A DNA stretch of 64,000 nucleotides from Lama guanicoe. Its lineage: Eukaryota. Within the stretch, counting starts at the first letter, position 1; every line of letters starts with the position of its first letter. Positions 1 through 13,037 of the stretch are shown piece by piece. Both the position numbers and the translations under genes were made by a program. The notes below the pieces were generated by a model. That model ran no database searches. It was given only the letters and a program-made list of their open reading frames with translations, and was not told where the DNA came from. The DNA is taken from positions 4,895,328 through 4,959,327 of the forward strand of contig MU054220.1 of assembly GCA_013239625.1 (NCBI GenBank). Reading direction: 5' to 3'.

Positions 1-1098
1 TTACTTTCCTGAAAAGTTAAAGCCTATCACTTTGTCCATGTGTATTCACGGGAAATTAACCTCACGTTAACTTTTCAGCTGTGTTCCCCTGGAAACTTAA
101 TAGAGGCAGAACGTCACCCATGTTAGTGGGCAACATCGCTCATAGTAAAGACAATCTGACTGAACTGCAAGTGGACCAGGGGGACTGTGATGACCTGGTG
201 GAAAGCCACAGCGCTGGGCTTTCCTGAGTGATGCTTCTTGATGTTTCTTGTCCTCTGCTGGAACTGTTGGACTCTGGGCCCATGGGACTGTTATAAGAGG
301 CACTGGTTCTTACATGGAACTTGAGACTTCCAAGCCAGGGTGGTTCCCGCACTCACCCATGTAGTCTTGGGGGGTTAGGGCAGAGAACAGTCTCCAGGAC
401 TGCTGCCAGAGAGCTACAGGGACTCCTGGAAAAATACGAAAAGCCTCACTGCTGGCTTGCTGTATTTCCTGTTCCACATTCTCCTGAGTGAAGGCAAGAC
501 AAGTGCCCTACTGGGTTGTGCTAGTATGAAATATCTATCGAGCTGGCCTTGAAACCACAGGCACTGGGCATGCAGAGTGGTAGCAGCAGTGGAACAGACT
601 TTTACATCCTTGGTTCAATATGGCCAAGGCATTGTGATATAAAGGGAATGGAGAGGGAGATGCTGATGAGACTGAAGCCCCAGTGAGAACCAACTTTCCC
701 AGAGTCTGGTGGCAAAAGCTTGACATTGTGTGACAGGGGAGAAATCTTCCTCTTGTGGGAATGGATGAAAGCTGGAGACAAACTTATGACTGAGAGAAAA
801 ATGCCCCACTGTCCAAGACACGGAGCTGACTGGAAACCTAGTTGCAAATGGGCTGGCTGGCAAGAATGACATTGCCTTAGTGATGCATTTGAGCCAGACT
901 AGACATTGATACCTGACAGGGGGCGGGGAGGAGACAAGCATATGAGGGTGGGCCGAGAATGGTCCCTGGCTCATTCTGGAAGTACACACCAGATTTTGCT
1001 GTGCTTCCTACTCCCTTATTCTTCTGAGTGAAGCCCATGCCAAGTGAGGCTGATCACATGAGTGTGAAATGTCTACCTGGACCTAAGACCATCTACAG
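1..1098. mobile_element. Old LTR-like (ERV-class) remnant, family uncertain
   Basis: GC-richer block ending ...accatctaCA and abutting L1-like sequence; resemblance to ancient LTR consensus is from memory only. Confidence 0.35.
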
Positions 1099-1099
1099 T

Positions 1100-2825
1100 G
1101 GTCACTTCAGCTCCATAAAGGAGTTTTTGTATTGCTGTTGTCATGAACTGTAACCTCAGAAGACGTTACTGTTATTATTTTATATTACCATTTTCTATAC
1201 GTACTCTAATATATTTATTTTTTCTGTTGCTCTTTGCTCTTTCCTGTATTTCTGAATTTCTACCTGGGATAGTTTCCTTCTGAAAAAAAATCCCTTTAGT
1301 GATTTTAAATGCAGTTTTAGTGATTGGTAACACACATCATTCATCTTTTGGTAGTCTGAAATCTTTATCTAACCTTCATTTTAAAAAAAGCAAGGTATAA
1401 TTTAAATAGAGAGAAATGCTTAGAACTTAGGTACAACATTGTTTTAAATATAAGACACAGAAAATTTCCAGTACTTAAAGAAGTCCTTTCAAGTTGCTTC
1501 CCAGTCAACGTCTTCCTCCACAAAGTGATCACTGATCTGATTTCTATCACGATAGGTTAGTTTTGCCTGTTTTAGAATTTCATATAGTTGGAGTTATACA
1601 CTACACACTTTTTTGTGTCCAATGTCTGGTACTAGCATAATATTTTTGAGATTCCTCAATATGGATATTGGGTCTTTCTTGTAGAATAGTATCTACCGTA
1701 TAAATATACCACTGCTTATCCATTCTTTTAGTAAGTATTTTGTGGACATAAGACTTTCCTGTCTCTTTGATAAATACCTAGCAGTAAATTACTGGGTCAT
1801 ATATGTTAACTTTTTAATAGACTACCAGACTGTCCTCCAAAATGACTGCACTATTTCATACTCCCACTAGCAACGTATCAGACTCTGGTTGCTCAGTATC
1901 ATTCCAACATCTGTATTATCAATCTTTTTCATTTTAGCCCTTCTACTCTCACAATGCTTCTTGCTTCAAAGTTTTTTTAATGAGTATAGTTATATGTGCT
2001 TTCTTTTTTATTGTTTGCATGGTATATTATTTTCCTATCTTTGTACTTTCAACCCTTCTGTATCCTAATATTTGAAGTGTTTCTCTTTTAAGCAGCATAT
2101 AGTTTAGTCAGATTTTTAAAAATCCATTCCATACAAAATGCTTAAATTATAAATCTTTTTGTAGCAACTACTGATATACTATATTTACTATTTTACTATT
2201 TGTGTTCTATTTTTATGTGCCTTTACCTTTCTTGATTTTCTTTGGATTAATCAAATGTTTTAAATTATTCCATTTTCTGTCTATTGAATTACATTCTAAA
2301 ACCATTTTTAGTAGTGAGACTTAAAACATGTGTTCTTACTTATCACAGTCCATTGCAAATTATTTCTTTAACTACTTGGTCAATACCAATTACATCTTGT
2401 AACTTTTAAACTCCATTTATTTCCCTCCCATCATTTATGTTGTCACCATGAATTTCAGTTATACATAGAGTTGAAGCTCCTCAGGGCAGTACAGTTATTA
2501 TTTTGTACAATAACTCTTCATTTATATTTCCTTTCCAGTGTTCTTCATTCCCTCTGGCATGCCCATATTTCTATCTGGGATTATTTTTCTGAAGAACTCC
2601 CTTTAATTTTTATTTCAGTGTAGGCCTATTTGTGCCAAATTCTCTGAATTTTTATTGGTTTGAACACACCTTTATTTCACCTTAATTTTTTAAGAATATT
2701 TTTGCTAACACAGAACTCCAGGCTTGTAGTTTTCTTCTTTAGTACTTTAACGATGTCATTCCATTGGCTTCTAGTTTCCATCATTTCCATTGAGAAGCTG
2801 CCAGTCTTATTGTTGCTGCTTTTGA
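1100..2825 (-). mobile_element. Stacked ancient L1M fragments
   Basis: T-rich antisense L1 motifs (ttttgcctgttttagaatttcatata, taaatacctagcagt..ttactgggtcatat, ctcccactagcaacgtat); 1225-1390 and 2535-2700 look like copies of the same L1 region. Confidence 0.7.
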
Positions 2826-4330
2826 AAGGGACTACGGTGGATTAAAGATGGGCCATAGTCTCTGTCACCAGCAGCAGGCAGAGGATATTTCCCCTGCCCT
2901 GGGACTTGCTCTGACAGACAGGAAGGGTGAAGTGGTGCTGCTCCAGTTCTGTCTGTGGACTCTAAGAGGCCTGGATGCTTCTGCTTTCACCTCTTGGAGC
3001 CCTGAGTCGCCAGGTAAAAGTGTGCAGCTTCTCTGATGGAGAGACTACTTGGAGAGAGAGAATACGCAGCTGTGCCAGCTACTGCAATTACTCCAGCCTT
3101 CTCTGGTGGCCAGCCCCAGCTGAGTCTCCATATGCCTGTAATTGCATGATGATTCCAAGCGAGACCAGAAGACAGTCCAGCTCAGACTGTAGAATCTTGA
3201 GCAAATAGTAGTTTCATTTTAAGCCAGTATATCTTGGCATGGTTTATTAGGTGAGAAAGATAACTGAAAACAGTATTTGATACTGAGAATGGAGTGTTGC
3301 CATAACAGAAATTTAAAGCATGTGACATTAGTTGGGGGAACAGGTTGAGGACATTTGCTGAAGGAGCAGCAACAATAATGGAGGCTGTAAGAGCACTCAG
3401 GAAACTGCTTTGGAGGCTGGAGAAGAGGCATCATTACCTATTGGCAAAACAAATAGCGAGGCTGTATCCTGGAATATAGGAAAACACCCAGCAAAGTTGT
3501 GGATCAGGCTATGAAGATTTCTAGGAAGAATGCTGAAAGTGACAAATGGTTTTTTAAAAAATCACCTATACTAAGGTATTAAAAGAGAGAAGAACTAACC
3601 AAGGAAATGTACAGTTTTCAAGCAGAGTTTAGAGAAAATGCTTTCAACCCGGACCTTGCAGGGTTAGAAAATGGCACTTTCTCAGTTGCCAGCTTCTCTG
3701 GTTAGAACAAGGTTTTGACGAAAAATCAAATCCAGGGTGCCACCAGTAAAACTATGGCCTTAGTATCAAGATCAAATCAAAAGCACAGCAGTAAGACCCT
3801 TTGTTATTACCACCTCACAAAGATTTGAGTCTAGATTTTAGCCTCATAGACTCATTTAGACAAAAGGCATCCAAGAACCTTAAAGGTATTGTCCTGGACT
3901 TATGTTCAAAGTAGACAGAGGCCTTCTTGAAGAGATCTGTGGTGTGGCTTTTGTCTGATGGAATGGCTTATAATTTGAAAGCCCACAAAGTTTTTTTAAG
4001 AGGTTGTGTCAGAAACAGAGACAGGCAGCAGGCTGAGTAAGCTACTCAGCTGCAAATACAGGACATTTCTAAGGAAAAGGAAAGACAGCTCAGAAAGAGT
4101 TGTGAACTAAGAAACAGATCTGGGAACCAATCCCAACAAACCAAAATAGGCCCTAATCAAGGAATATTTCCTACCCTAGAATTGAGGAAATTGGTGACAC
4201 ATGGCCAGATGCATTTTAGAATCACCATACAACAGTGACTGCTGTGTGTCCTCCACTTCATCTCTTTTAAACTGATGCAATTATTCTATCCCTACCATTC
4301 TGTCATGCTCATACTGGAAGCTGAGTTGAT
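2826..4330 (+). mobile_element. MaLR element: MLT1-type LTR (~2826-3271) followed by MLT1 internal sequence
   Basis: LTR start ggtggattaaagatggg, LTR end ttttaagcca..gataactgaaaaca, then internal start tttgatactgagaatggagtgttgccataaca. Confidence 0.7.
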
Positions 4331-4595
4331 TCTTTTAATCACTATGTTTTATATTATATTACCTCTTCAATATCATACAATAATAAAGTGGAGAGATTCT
4401 TAACCATAAAGTAATTAAATTAAAAAATTTTAAACTTCTTCTTTATACAAATATCACATAGTGGTAGATGAATAGTCTTAGAGACTAAATTATATTTTCT
4501 GTAGGCTACATAAAAATATACTTTTGCAAATATTTTGTTTCATGATTTCAAAGACAAAAGATATTTCAAGATATTCCCATCCAACATCCAAAATA

Positions 4596-4712
4596 CCAAA
4601 TATTCTTTTTCTTCCCCCTTACAAGGCACTGGGGATTGAACCCAGGACCTCGTGCACACCAAGCATGTGCTCTACCACTAAGCTACATTCCCCGCCTCCC
4701 CAAATATTCTTT
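4596..4712 (-). mobile_element. tRNA-Ala-derived SINE (camelid-type) with 13-bp TSD
   Basis: revcomp of gtagcttagtggtagagcacatgcttggtgtgcacgaggtcctgggttcaatccccagt; TSD ccaaatattcttt at 4596-4608 and 4700-4712. Confidence 0.85.
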
Positions 4713-5028
4713 ATCACCAGAAGAGGAATGCCTGACTTCTTTCCCATACCTAGATTCCATAGTTTTTAGTAGCATCACCTCAATATATCCACGCTGGAAT
4801 AAAGAACAGATAAATGACTAGGTAAGTTTCAGCACAGAAGCAAAAAAGAATACTAACCAAGTGATGGAAAAGTGGTTGAAGCATTCTGTGTGGGGTGATT
4901 TCACACCATCCCTTTAGTTACCAAGTGCTAAATAACTAACAGAAGAGGTCAGAGCCACTTAGTGGCAAATAATCTGGAAAAGTTAGAAAGTAGGTAATAG
5001 TTTAGGACTTTCCTACAGGGTGACTCAC

Positions 5029-5112
5029 CTTTTCCAAAACTTTGGCAATTCGGGTGCCAATCTGTTCAAGTGACTGTTGTGGATATTGGTCTTTGCCAAG
5101 ATTTTGCAATAC
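5029..5112 (-). CDS. TTC17: TTC17 exon ~22 (84 nt) VLQNLGKDQYPQQSLEQIGTRIAKVLEK
   Basis: ctataccag|GTATTG ... GAAAAG|gtgagt. Confidence 0.96.
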
Positions 5113-5329
5113 CTGGTATAGGGAGGAAGATGACAGATTAGAGGAATGAAAATGAGGCAGGGTCTAGTGACACTGCAGATGCCGAGTTGGGCACAGTACC
5201 ACAGCAGCAGATTATTTTTCTGGGGTATATGCTGTGGTCTTGTTGGTAAGGCATCTTATGGAAGACACTGAAGGCCATTTTACCATCCCCTCAGCCTTCT
5301 CTCACTTAACAAAAATCACTTAAACACAT

Positions 5330-5670
5330 TCATTATAGCATTTAGAGTAAATAAAGAAAATAAAAAGTACTTGCTATCCTGTTACCCAGACACAACCATT
5401 GTTAATAATCTCTTATGTATCTTTCAGATACTTTTCTACACACACATGTATTATTTCTCTCACAGAATATGGAATCACACTGTATACTATCACCTGCATT
5501 TTCACATAATATATCCTAAAAAATTTCTTCATGCCATTTAATAAATATATTTCTACTACATCTTTCTTAATGATTTATCATATACCATCTTATGCCTATA
5601 ACCAACATTTATTTAACAAATCCTCTATTGTTGACCATTTGTGGCATGTTTTCCAATTATTCTTCCAGGT
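5330..5670 (-). mobile_element. L1ME-like 3' fragment
   Basis: aaccattgttaataat, tttaacaaatcctctattgttgaccattt. Confidence 0.55.
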
Positions 5671-6048
5671 ATACTCCTTGCTAAGAATATTTTGGGTCTG
5701 TTCTCCTTGCTTTCCTTCTTAAGAATGCCAACAGGAGGATTAACTGCTCCAAACATTTCTCGCAGAGGGCCTCTGTCTGATGGCAAGCAGAATGCTACCC
5801 ACCTCGAGGAACGAATCAGAATTAAAATTTCCTAGTCATAAAAAATTGTAAGCTAAGTCACAGGGGCTGAAAGATACCAGGCTTGGCCTGAAGCCACCTA
5901 CATGACAGTCATCTGAAAAAAGGCGAAAATATACGGCCTGGCTGCTTGTGCTTTCTGCTATCAGTTGCATCATAACTGTAGGGCTAAAACCTACAGACAG
6001 AAGGGAAAAAAAAACCTATAGACAGGCCAAACAGAGCCGAGCACTCAC

Positions 6049-6208
6049 CTCTGTTAACTGGCTCTCACCCGTATAATGGAGGCTGGCTCGGTTGGAAACC
6101 CCCTGCAAGTGGTCCAGCGTGTGCATGCTCGTGGGGAGATTGCCATTGCAAAGAGGCTCCATCGCTGGCTGCTGTATTGGAGTGGCAAAGTCTATGTGTT
6201 CTGTGATG
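6049..6208 (-). CDS. TTC17: TTC17 exon ~21 (160 nt) (D)ITEHIDFATPIQQPAMEPLCNGNLPTSMHTLDHLQGVSNRASLHYTGESQLTE
   Basis: tttttcag|CATCACA ... ACAGAG|gtgagt. Confidence 0.96.
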
Positions 6209-6899
6209 CTGAAAAATGGAGAGTACCACCTTAGCCGTGGAAAAGGTGAGTGGGTGGGGAGGAAGAGTATTAATAGTCAGCTGACCATAACTTCAATATA
6301 TTATTAGCACTGTCTGGAACCACAGAATCTCACAGGGGAAGAGACTCCAGAAGTTACTTAGTCTGATCTCTCCTTTTACAGATTCAAGGGCTCCAGAGCT
6401 TGGCAATGACTGTGTGCTGACTGTAGGAATAGAGACCGTATTCCAGGTCAAAGAAGTGTTGGATCTGAGTCCTGAACTCAGCATTTTCTCAGTCTCCCCA
6501 AGCTGCCTCCCCTCTATGCACCGTGGCGTCTGCTGGCCACTTTTTCTCACTGGAAAGGTTTTAAACCAGGTGGGTTTTCTTCTAGGATTTCTTTTTCCAG
6601 GGTACAGACAGTGATAAAGACCCACAAGTGGTTCTTATCTTTCTTTTTCCCTTTATGTACGGAAGCACACTTGTCCCCACAGAAAAAGTTACCTAAAGTT
6701 TAGACAGTACATGTTATACAGATCCAGCTGTTCACTGTATCTATGTATAAGATGTAAGCACTTCCCTTCATGGTTCCAAAGTGGTCATTTGCCTGCTAGA
6801 CGCAGGATAAATATTATACACTATCATATATACTGATGTGGCAAATTGGCATTGCCAAATTTTATTTCCAGCTACTTTAAAAGTTTAACATTTATTAGG

Positions 6900-7960
6900 C
6901 AAATATTCATTCATACATTATTTATTCAGAGCCTATTACATGTCAGATATCAGGACTATAATAATTAACAAAATACACCCAGTTCCCACTGTTACGGTGC
7001 TCATAGTCTTGTGATAGTTATTACAGATGTGATGAGTTACAAAAGATAAAAACATAGTACAATGTCAGTTTACTAGAGGAGAGTACGTATTTCCTCTATG
7101 CTGATGGAAGAGGAAGGTGTTTAGTGAAGGATTTCCTGAGAAAGTAAGATTTAAGTTGAGACTGGAAGGATGAGTGTGAATTAACCAGGTAGGAGATGGT
7201 AGTGAGAAAGGAGACACCATGTGTGAAGGCCTGAAGGAGGGAGGGCAGAGCTGAAGATGAAAAGACATGCAGGGAGCAGGTCACGAAGGGCTTTGTGGGA
7301 CCCTGTAAACAGCGATATGAAGTTACTAGAGCATTTTAAGAATTATTTGACTTACATTTGAGGGATAATTCTGAGTACTGTGGAGAGAATGAATTGAAGA
7401 GATGCAAGAATGAATAAAGCAACAGGACCAGCTAGGAGGCTACTGAACAAATCTAAGTGGAGATGATTGTTCTGGTTTAAGGAGGCAGCATCAGGGATGA
7501 AGAAAAGTGGGTTCTGGAAAACACTCAGAAGGTAAAAGTGAGAAAAACTGGTAATGGACTGGATCTGGGGCGCAAGGACAACCCCCAGGTTTCTGGCTGA
7601 AGCTATTTTCTAAGAATAAGAAACAGAAAACAATCAAAGCAATGAGGTTTTTGGAAGGAGAGTGGGCAAGAAAATTGTGAGTTTAGTTCTCCTGACCTTA
7701 GGGTGCCTGAGAGATACCTAGGCAGAGAGGCCAGGTAGACGCCTAGAGCGACGAGGAGAAGCATGTGAAGAAAGGCCTGGTGTGGAGAATCAAATTTGGG
7801 AGTTGTCAACATATCACTGGTGACAGGAGTTCTGGGAGTAGAGCAGTCTGGCTGCGAATGACTGTAAAGTAAGAAGGCTTAGTGGTAAATTTTGGGGAAC
7901 TCTAATGCTTAAAGGGTAGAAAAGAGGCCCAAAAAAGAGAATGAGCATCCAGAAAAAGCA
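6900..7960 (-). mobile_element. L2 fragment
   Basis: attcattcatacattattt start; gaaagtaagatttaagttgagactggaaggatgag; ccagctaggaggctactg. Confidence 0.7.
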
Positions 7961-8364
7961 GTTATGAGAGAGGGAACCTTGCTTGCTTGTGTCCTGGTAG
8001 ATGTTGGTAAATCTGGATCTGCTCTGGTTCCCTTTTCAAGCTCATGATGTCAGTGAGAGACCATAGGTTTTGTGCTTTAATGAAGACATCCAGTCTTTAA
8101 TTCAAGTTAAGTAAGTTATACATGACTTCTACATAGCTTAGAAAGTATGGGGAAGGCACTGAGATGGGAGCACATTGACTATTTCAGTATAATGAGCTGA
8201 ATCCATCTGTGCCCTGTGGTCAGCAAGGGGTGTCCTTTGAACCAACAACCCTAGAAAGGACGACTCTTCTAGTAACTGCTGACAAAGAAGTGAAGTCAGC
8301 TGAGGCCCAGCAGGATCACTGGTACACAAATACCACGGAGGAGGGAGAGTTTTAAGATACTCAC

Positions 8365-8485
8365 TCAATGTTTTTTGATGAAACTGCAAGCCAGGTACTC
8401 ACGATGGCAGTCAGCTCTACCCAGCGGAGTTTGAGGCACTCGTCCGGGCTGGGCCATCCCAGACTCTGGTAGTCACGTTTTTTTC
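8365..8485 (-). CDS. TTC17: TTC17 exon ~20 (121 nt) (G)KKRDYQSLGWPSPDECLKLRWVELTAIVSTWLAVSSKNI
   Basis: ccttccag|GAAAAA ... ATTGA|gtgagt. Confidence 0.96.
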
Positions 8486-8857
8486 CTGGAAGGAAAGTAT
8501 GTCATCAGCCGACACAATTGCAAAGAAACAGAATGCGTGGTGCCTTACGCTTTTACTTTACCCACATTGGTGTACTGCAGGTGCTAGTCATTCTTCTAGT
8601 CTTCAGAATTCCTACCACCTAATGACAAGATTTAGTTAGTTCTAAATGGGGATAACAATTATCTTTGAGTAAAGCCTTGTTCTCAAAGATAGATGATGAA
8701 ATAAAAATAAATGAGCCTTCACTGGATTTAAGACTGAGATAAGGGTTAAAATATTCTTCAGTGTTAACATTCTTACCAAATTCAATTTTTACCCTTCAAC
8801 ATTTTGATTTTATAAAGACAACCCTAACTTAGTCAAGAGAAAGATGTATCTCTAAAG

Positions 8858-9070
8858 CGGGGCTTCTCAATCTGGTACTGCCGACACTGCGGGCTGGATA
8901 ATACTTTGTCACGAGCACTGTCCTGTGCGCTGGAGGACATGGCAGCATCCCTGGTCTCTACCCAATAGATGTGAGCAGCACCCTCCCTGAGATGTGACAA
9001 TTAAAAATGTCTCCAGATACTGCCAAATGTTCCCTGGGAGGCCAAAATCACTCCTGGCAGAGAAACCCTG
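8858..9070. mobile_element. MER20 (hAT-Charlie MITE)
   Basis: TIR-like ends cggggcttctcaa / gagaaaccctg; core gcagcatccctggtctctaccca..aaaaatgtctccagatactgccaaatgt; 8-bp TSD ctctaaag/ctgtaaag. Confidence 0.85.
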
Positions 9071-9104
9071 CTGTAAAGAAAAGCAGCAGGGTAGGGAATA
9101 ATGA

Positions 9105-9340
9105 TGATAATGAAAGGTTTTCATTTGTTTCCAGAGCACTTACTGTGTGTTCAGGTCCTGTGCTAAGTGCTTTACATCTGTAACTGGAAGAGGCAGGTTT
9201 TAATCCTCATTTCTCAGATGAGAAAACGAAGGTTCAGAGAAATCAAGTGACTTGCCCAGGGTCACCTGGCTACTAGGTGGCAGAACAGGGATCCAGATCC
9301 AGGTCTGTTTGACTCTAACATGCATGCTCCCAATCATGCT
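9105..9340 (-). mobile_element. MIR SINE
   Basis: cctcatttctcagatgagaaaacgaaggttcagaga..aagtgacttgcccagggtcac. Confidence 0.8.
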
Positions 9341-9739
9341 ATTTAAACCTTTGCTGAGGTTTTAAATCTCTGTTTATTGATACCCTTGAAAGGTACTACC
9401 TTCTAAGTGTGCCTTTTACTTAGATTAAGTCCCCACGAAAAGAGCAGAACTAAGTCCTAAATCTGGGAAGGATTCTTCTGAATAAATTCCAATGGAATGG
9501 ACAGGAAGGAGAACTTCGGTTCTGTAGAGTTCTTTTCATACTGCAGAAATTTACCAGCAATAGCATACTGTTTAAGATGCAGGCAGGGCTTTGGATTTAG
9601 ATTTTAATAAAACAGAAAAGAACAGTTTAGAAGAGTTTCAAATGAACCCTGTTTAAATTAATAACTTAAAGAATTAAACCATACATTTCACAGTAAAGCT
9701 TATTTTTCTTTTTATGTTTAAGAAAGTCACTTGAAAGAT

Positions 9740-10150
9740 ACTTACTGAGCTTCTATTACAAGGGACTGGGAACTGTGTTAAGATCGCTAGGGATTCAGAG
9801 AGGAATAGAGGGTCAAGGCCTGCCCTTCAGCTCACAGGCTAGGAAGGAAATTACTAGAACACAATAGGATAAGTGCTAGAGTGAAGGTATAGAGCAAATG
9901 CACAGGGAGAGAGCAACTGATTCGGCCTGAAGGAGCCAAGGAAGAGATGGTACTTGAGTTCAAAGTTTAAGGATTGGTGACATTTTAGCACCACTGAGAT
10001 AGCAAAAGGGCATTCCAGGCAGAGGGAACAGCATGTGCAAAGGCAAAGAGGTAAAATAAGAGCATTGTTGGTTCAGAGAATGATGCTGAAGTGGGGAGAG
10101 AGCCTAGATTGTAAACAGTCTTGTACACCACACTAGAAAGTTTATGCTGC
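9740..10150 (-). mobile_element. L2 fragment
   Basis: gggcattccaggcagagggaacagcatgtgcaaaggc. Confidence 0.7.
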
Positions 10151-10164
10151 AGGCATTGCCGAAC

Positions 10165-10720
10165 CTTTGAGCCCACATTTCTTCATCCTGTTCACAAGGA
10201 TATCATAAGAGGCTCTATTAAATGCTTTGCTTAAATCAAGTTACATTATATCTATGGCACTTTTCTGGTCTTGGTCCAATCCAGTAGCCCTCACCAAACT
10301 AGGAAATGAAATTAGTTATGCATTATTAGTTTTATTAATTCTTAGTAAATCTACAGTGGCCCTTAAGGATCTCCACTTTTTCCCCATGGGCTTACAAACT
10401 ACTGGTTTAATAATCTGCTTTAGAACTTTGCCAGGATTTATCACAAAGCTTAACACTTGGTAGTGGATAGAATCCACATATACTTGAAAATTGGGATCCT
10501 GAACTTCTCTAGCCTTCTATCGTCTATTCTATGCTTTAGAACTTTGCACGTTAATGACAGTAAGTAGTTCCATGATTTCATTAGAACTTTTCACGTTAAT
10601 GACAGTAAGTAGTTCCATGATTTCATTTGCAAGTATATTCAATGCCCTTCCCAGGCCCATCTACTTGAATCCATTTAAAAACTACCTAAGTGCTCTCCTA
10701 TCATCTCAACCATACTGAGC
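10165..10720 (-). mobile_element. L3/CR1 LINE fragment
   Basis: cacaaggatatcataagaggctctattaaatgctttgcttaaatcaagttacattatatctatggca resembles the antisense CR1 RT region. Confidence 0.6.
10536..10625. repeat. Tandem duplication, 2 x 45 bp, one mismatch
   Basis: ttagaacttt(g/t)cacgttaatgacagtaagtagttccatgatttca at 10536-10580 and 10581-10625. Confidence 0.95.
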
Positions 10721-10739
10721 TTTAATTTTCAATTTAACA

Positions 10740-11830
10740 AGAAATTTTTAGTTTTTTTGTTTATAAAATTAATATAGGCTTATTATGAAATATTTAGAAA
10801 ATGGAAAAGAATATAAAAGAAAATAAAAAATCACCTACAGTGCTATCAGCATCCAGAGAAGATCACTTACAACATTTTGGTGTATGCTTTTCTGTGTTTG
10901 TTTAATTTAGTATATTTCATCAAATCTAAGATATCATAAACTATAAGGTGCACATTGCTTTACAAGATTTAAGAAGGAAAAATGTTGCCAATTATTATTT
11001 AAGATACCATCAATTGTAAGATGTATCTCACTTGCAGAGATACTGAAATGTGAAAAAAATGTAGATGAAATACAGTATATTTACTATTTTACAAAAATTG
11101 AAGTATTCTCTACATATGCTACTTTATAAACTGCTTTTGTTCACATACTAAATTACAAACATCTTGGCTACACAGTGTACAGCAAGAACATGCTGTAATT
11201 TATTTAGGCAATTATCATCATTTAGGTATTTTTCAAATGTTTGTTATGATAAGCAGCACTGTAATCAATATCTCCTTACTTCTATCTTTCACACTTGAGA
11301 GAGAATTTATTTAGGGTGAACTACTAGAAACAGAATTGTTGGTATATTTTAAAAATTTCTGATACATCTAGTCAAACTATCCCAAAATTCATTTTATTAA
11401 CTCTCACTGTGCATTACATAAAGACAATCTGATAAGCAAAAATGGCATGTCACGTTTTGTTTGCACTTCCTTGACTGCTAGTGAGCCTGACATATTTAGT
11501 AGCCGTGTGCGTGTGCATTTGGTGAAATGCCCATGTACAGCACATACTTCACTGAAATGTTGTATTTTTTCTATTGATTTACAGGTGCTCTTTAATGATG
11601 TTGATAACCTTTGCTTATCATATATTCTGTAAATATATACAAATATTCTGTGAAAATATTTTGTTTTAGTCCTTTGTCTCTCTCTTCTATAGTGTCTCTG
11701 ATACCAGAATTAATGTATTTTTTTCTCTCTGCCTTAGAAAGTCCTTTTCCACATCAAAAGTATATAAATATCCATCAGAATTTTCCTCTTTTACTTTTTT
11801 TTGTTACATTTACTATTTAAGGCATTGGAT
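10740..11830 (-). mobile_element. L1ME-like fragment interrupted by a TcMar-type MITE (~10909-11077)
   Basis: L1 antisense motifs (ttttgtttgcacttccttgactgctagtgag); MITE inverted ends tatttcatc / gatgaaata; a related copy lies at ~45678-45812. Confidence 0.55.
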
Positions 11831-12434
11831 TTTTCCTTGTTATACTGACATTTTACAGTTTGGACACCTTTTTCCTTGCTTCTGAAGACAGAACTAAGTG
11901 TCACTTTCTCTCCATAACCTGTTAATACATATGCCATCTTCCCTAAACATTGACGCTACATCATGCTTTCAACTCTAGTCATGATAAAATGTTCTTTTTG
12001 GTGTCTTTAGTATGGGATTTAGCCAGGCTGACCCCATTCTTTATGTTTTATTATGTGTCCTCTGCTTTCAGCTTTGTTAAGTACACCAAATTAAATAACA
12101 CATATTTTCACGAAGTTACCTTGAATTTCCCAAGTCTGACACAGTGAAAATATCCTTCTAAAAAAGGAGATTTTTTTTTTTTAAAAGAAATTCGATTATC
12201 ACTATTTCACTGCTGGAAAAGAAAGTTAACTGGACTCATGACAATGGCCCTGAACCTGGAGTCCAGAGACAGACATGGGGACAACTCTGAAACTTGAAAA
12301 AACATGCCAAATTTTGATTTTTTGGAAAAAAAATTTTTAATGCATTTTTTTCCCCTGGGGAGTATTACCAAAGCATTTATCCAATACTTAAATGCATCCA
12401 CTACATTTTGACACACAAAAATGTTACTAGATAG

Positions 12435-12645
12435 GTAATATTTATTGATCCCTATGTGCCCAGTTCATTAAAAGCACTTTACATGTATAAACATATAATT
12501 TTCACAATCACCCTACAAAATAGATGCAATTATTATTCACATTTTATTCATAGGGAAAATGAGGCACAGGGAACTAAATGGCAAAACTGGTGTCTGAACC
12601 CAGGAAGTCTGCTCAAACCCACATTTTTATGTACTAAACTAGACT
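12435..12645 (-). mobile_element. MIR SINE
   Basis: tatttattga..atgtgcc; cattttattcatagggaaaatgaggcacaggga. Confidence 0.7.
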
Positions 12646-12883
12646 GTCAAGTTAATCAATAGGATATTTAAGCTTAAGTTGGTAAGAGTATAAGCCAAAT
12701 AGCCAATGGTAAAAAAAAAAAATCAAGTAAATGTTAAAATAAACATTTTATATCCATGACTGGGTTTCTTGTTCACTTGGCTCAATGACCATCTCATCTG
12801 ATCTACTTCAAGTCACAAACACACATTTATTGAGACATTGAAATCTGAAAGAAGAAACTGGCATATTAAACATTCAAATTTAC

Positions 12884-13037
12884 CTTGTGGCCCAGGAGAT
12901 GCCACCTTTGGGCCAGTGATCTCCAGGTTTGCTTGGTTACGATGTACATTTTCTGCCTGATTTGATTCTACCTTTTTTCCAGGAGTTTTCTTATTCTCTC
13001 CTTTGGGTTTCTTTACTCGTTTGACTTGGAATGTGAT
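12884..13037 (-). CDS. TTC17: TTC17 exon ~19 (154 nt) ITFQVKRVKKPKGENKKTPGKKVESNQAENVHRNQANLEITGPKVASPGPQ
   Basis: tttcccag|ATCACA ... CAAG|gtaaat. Confidence 0.96.
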
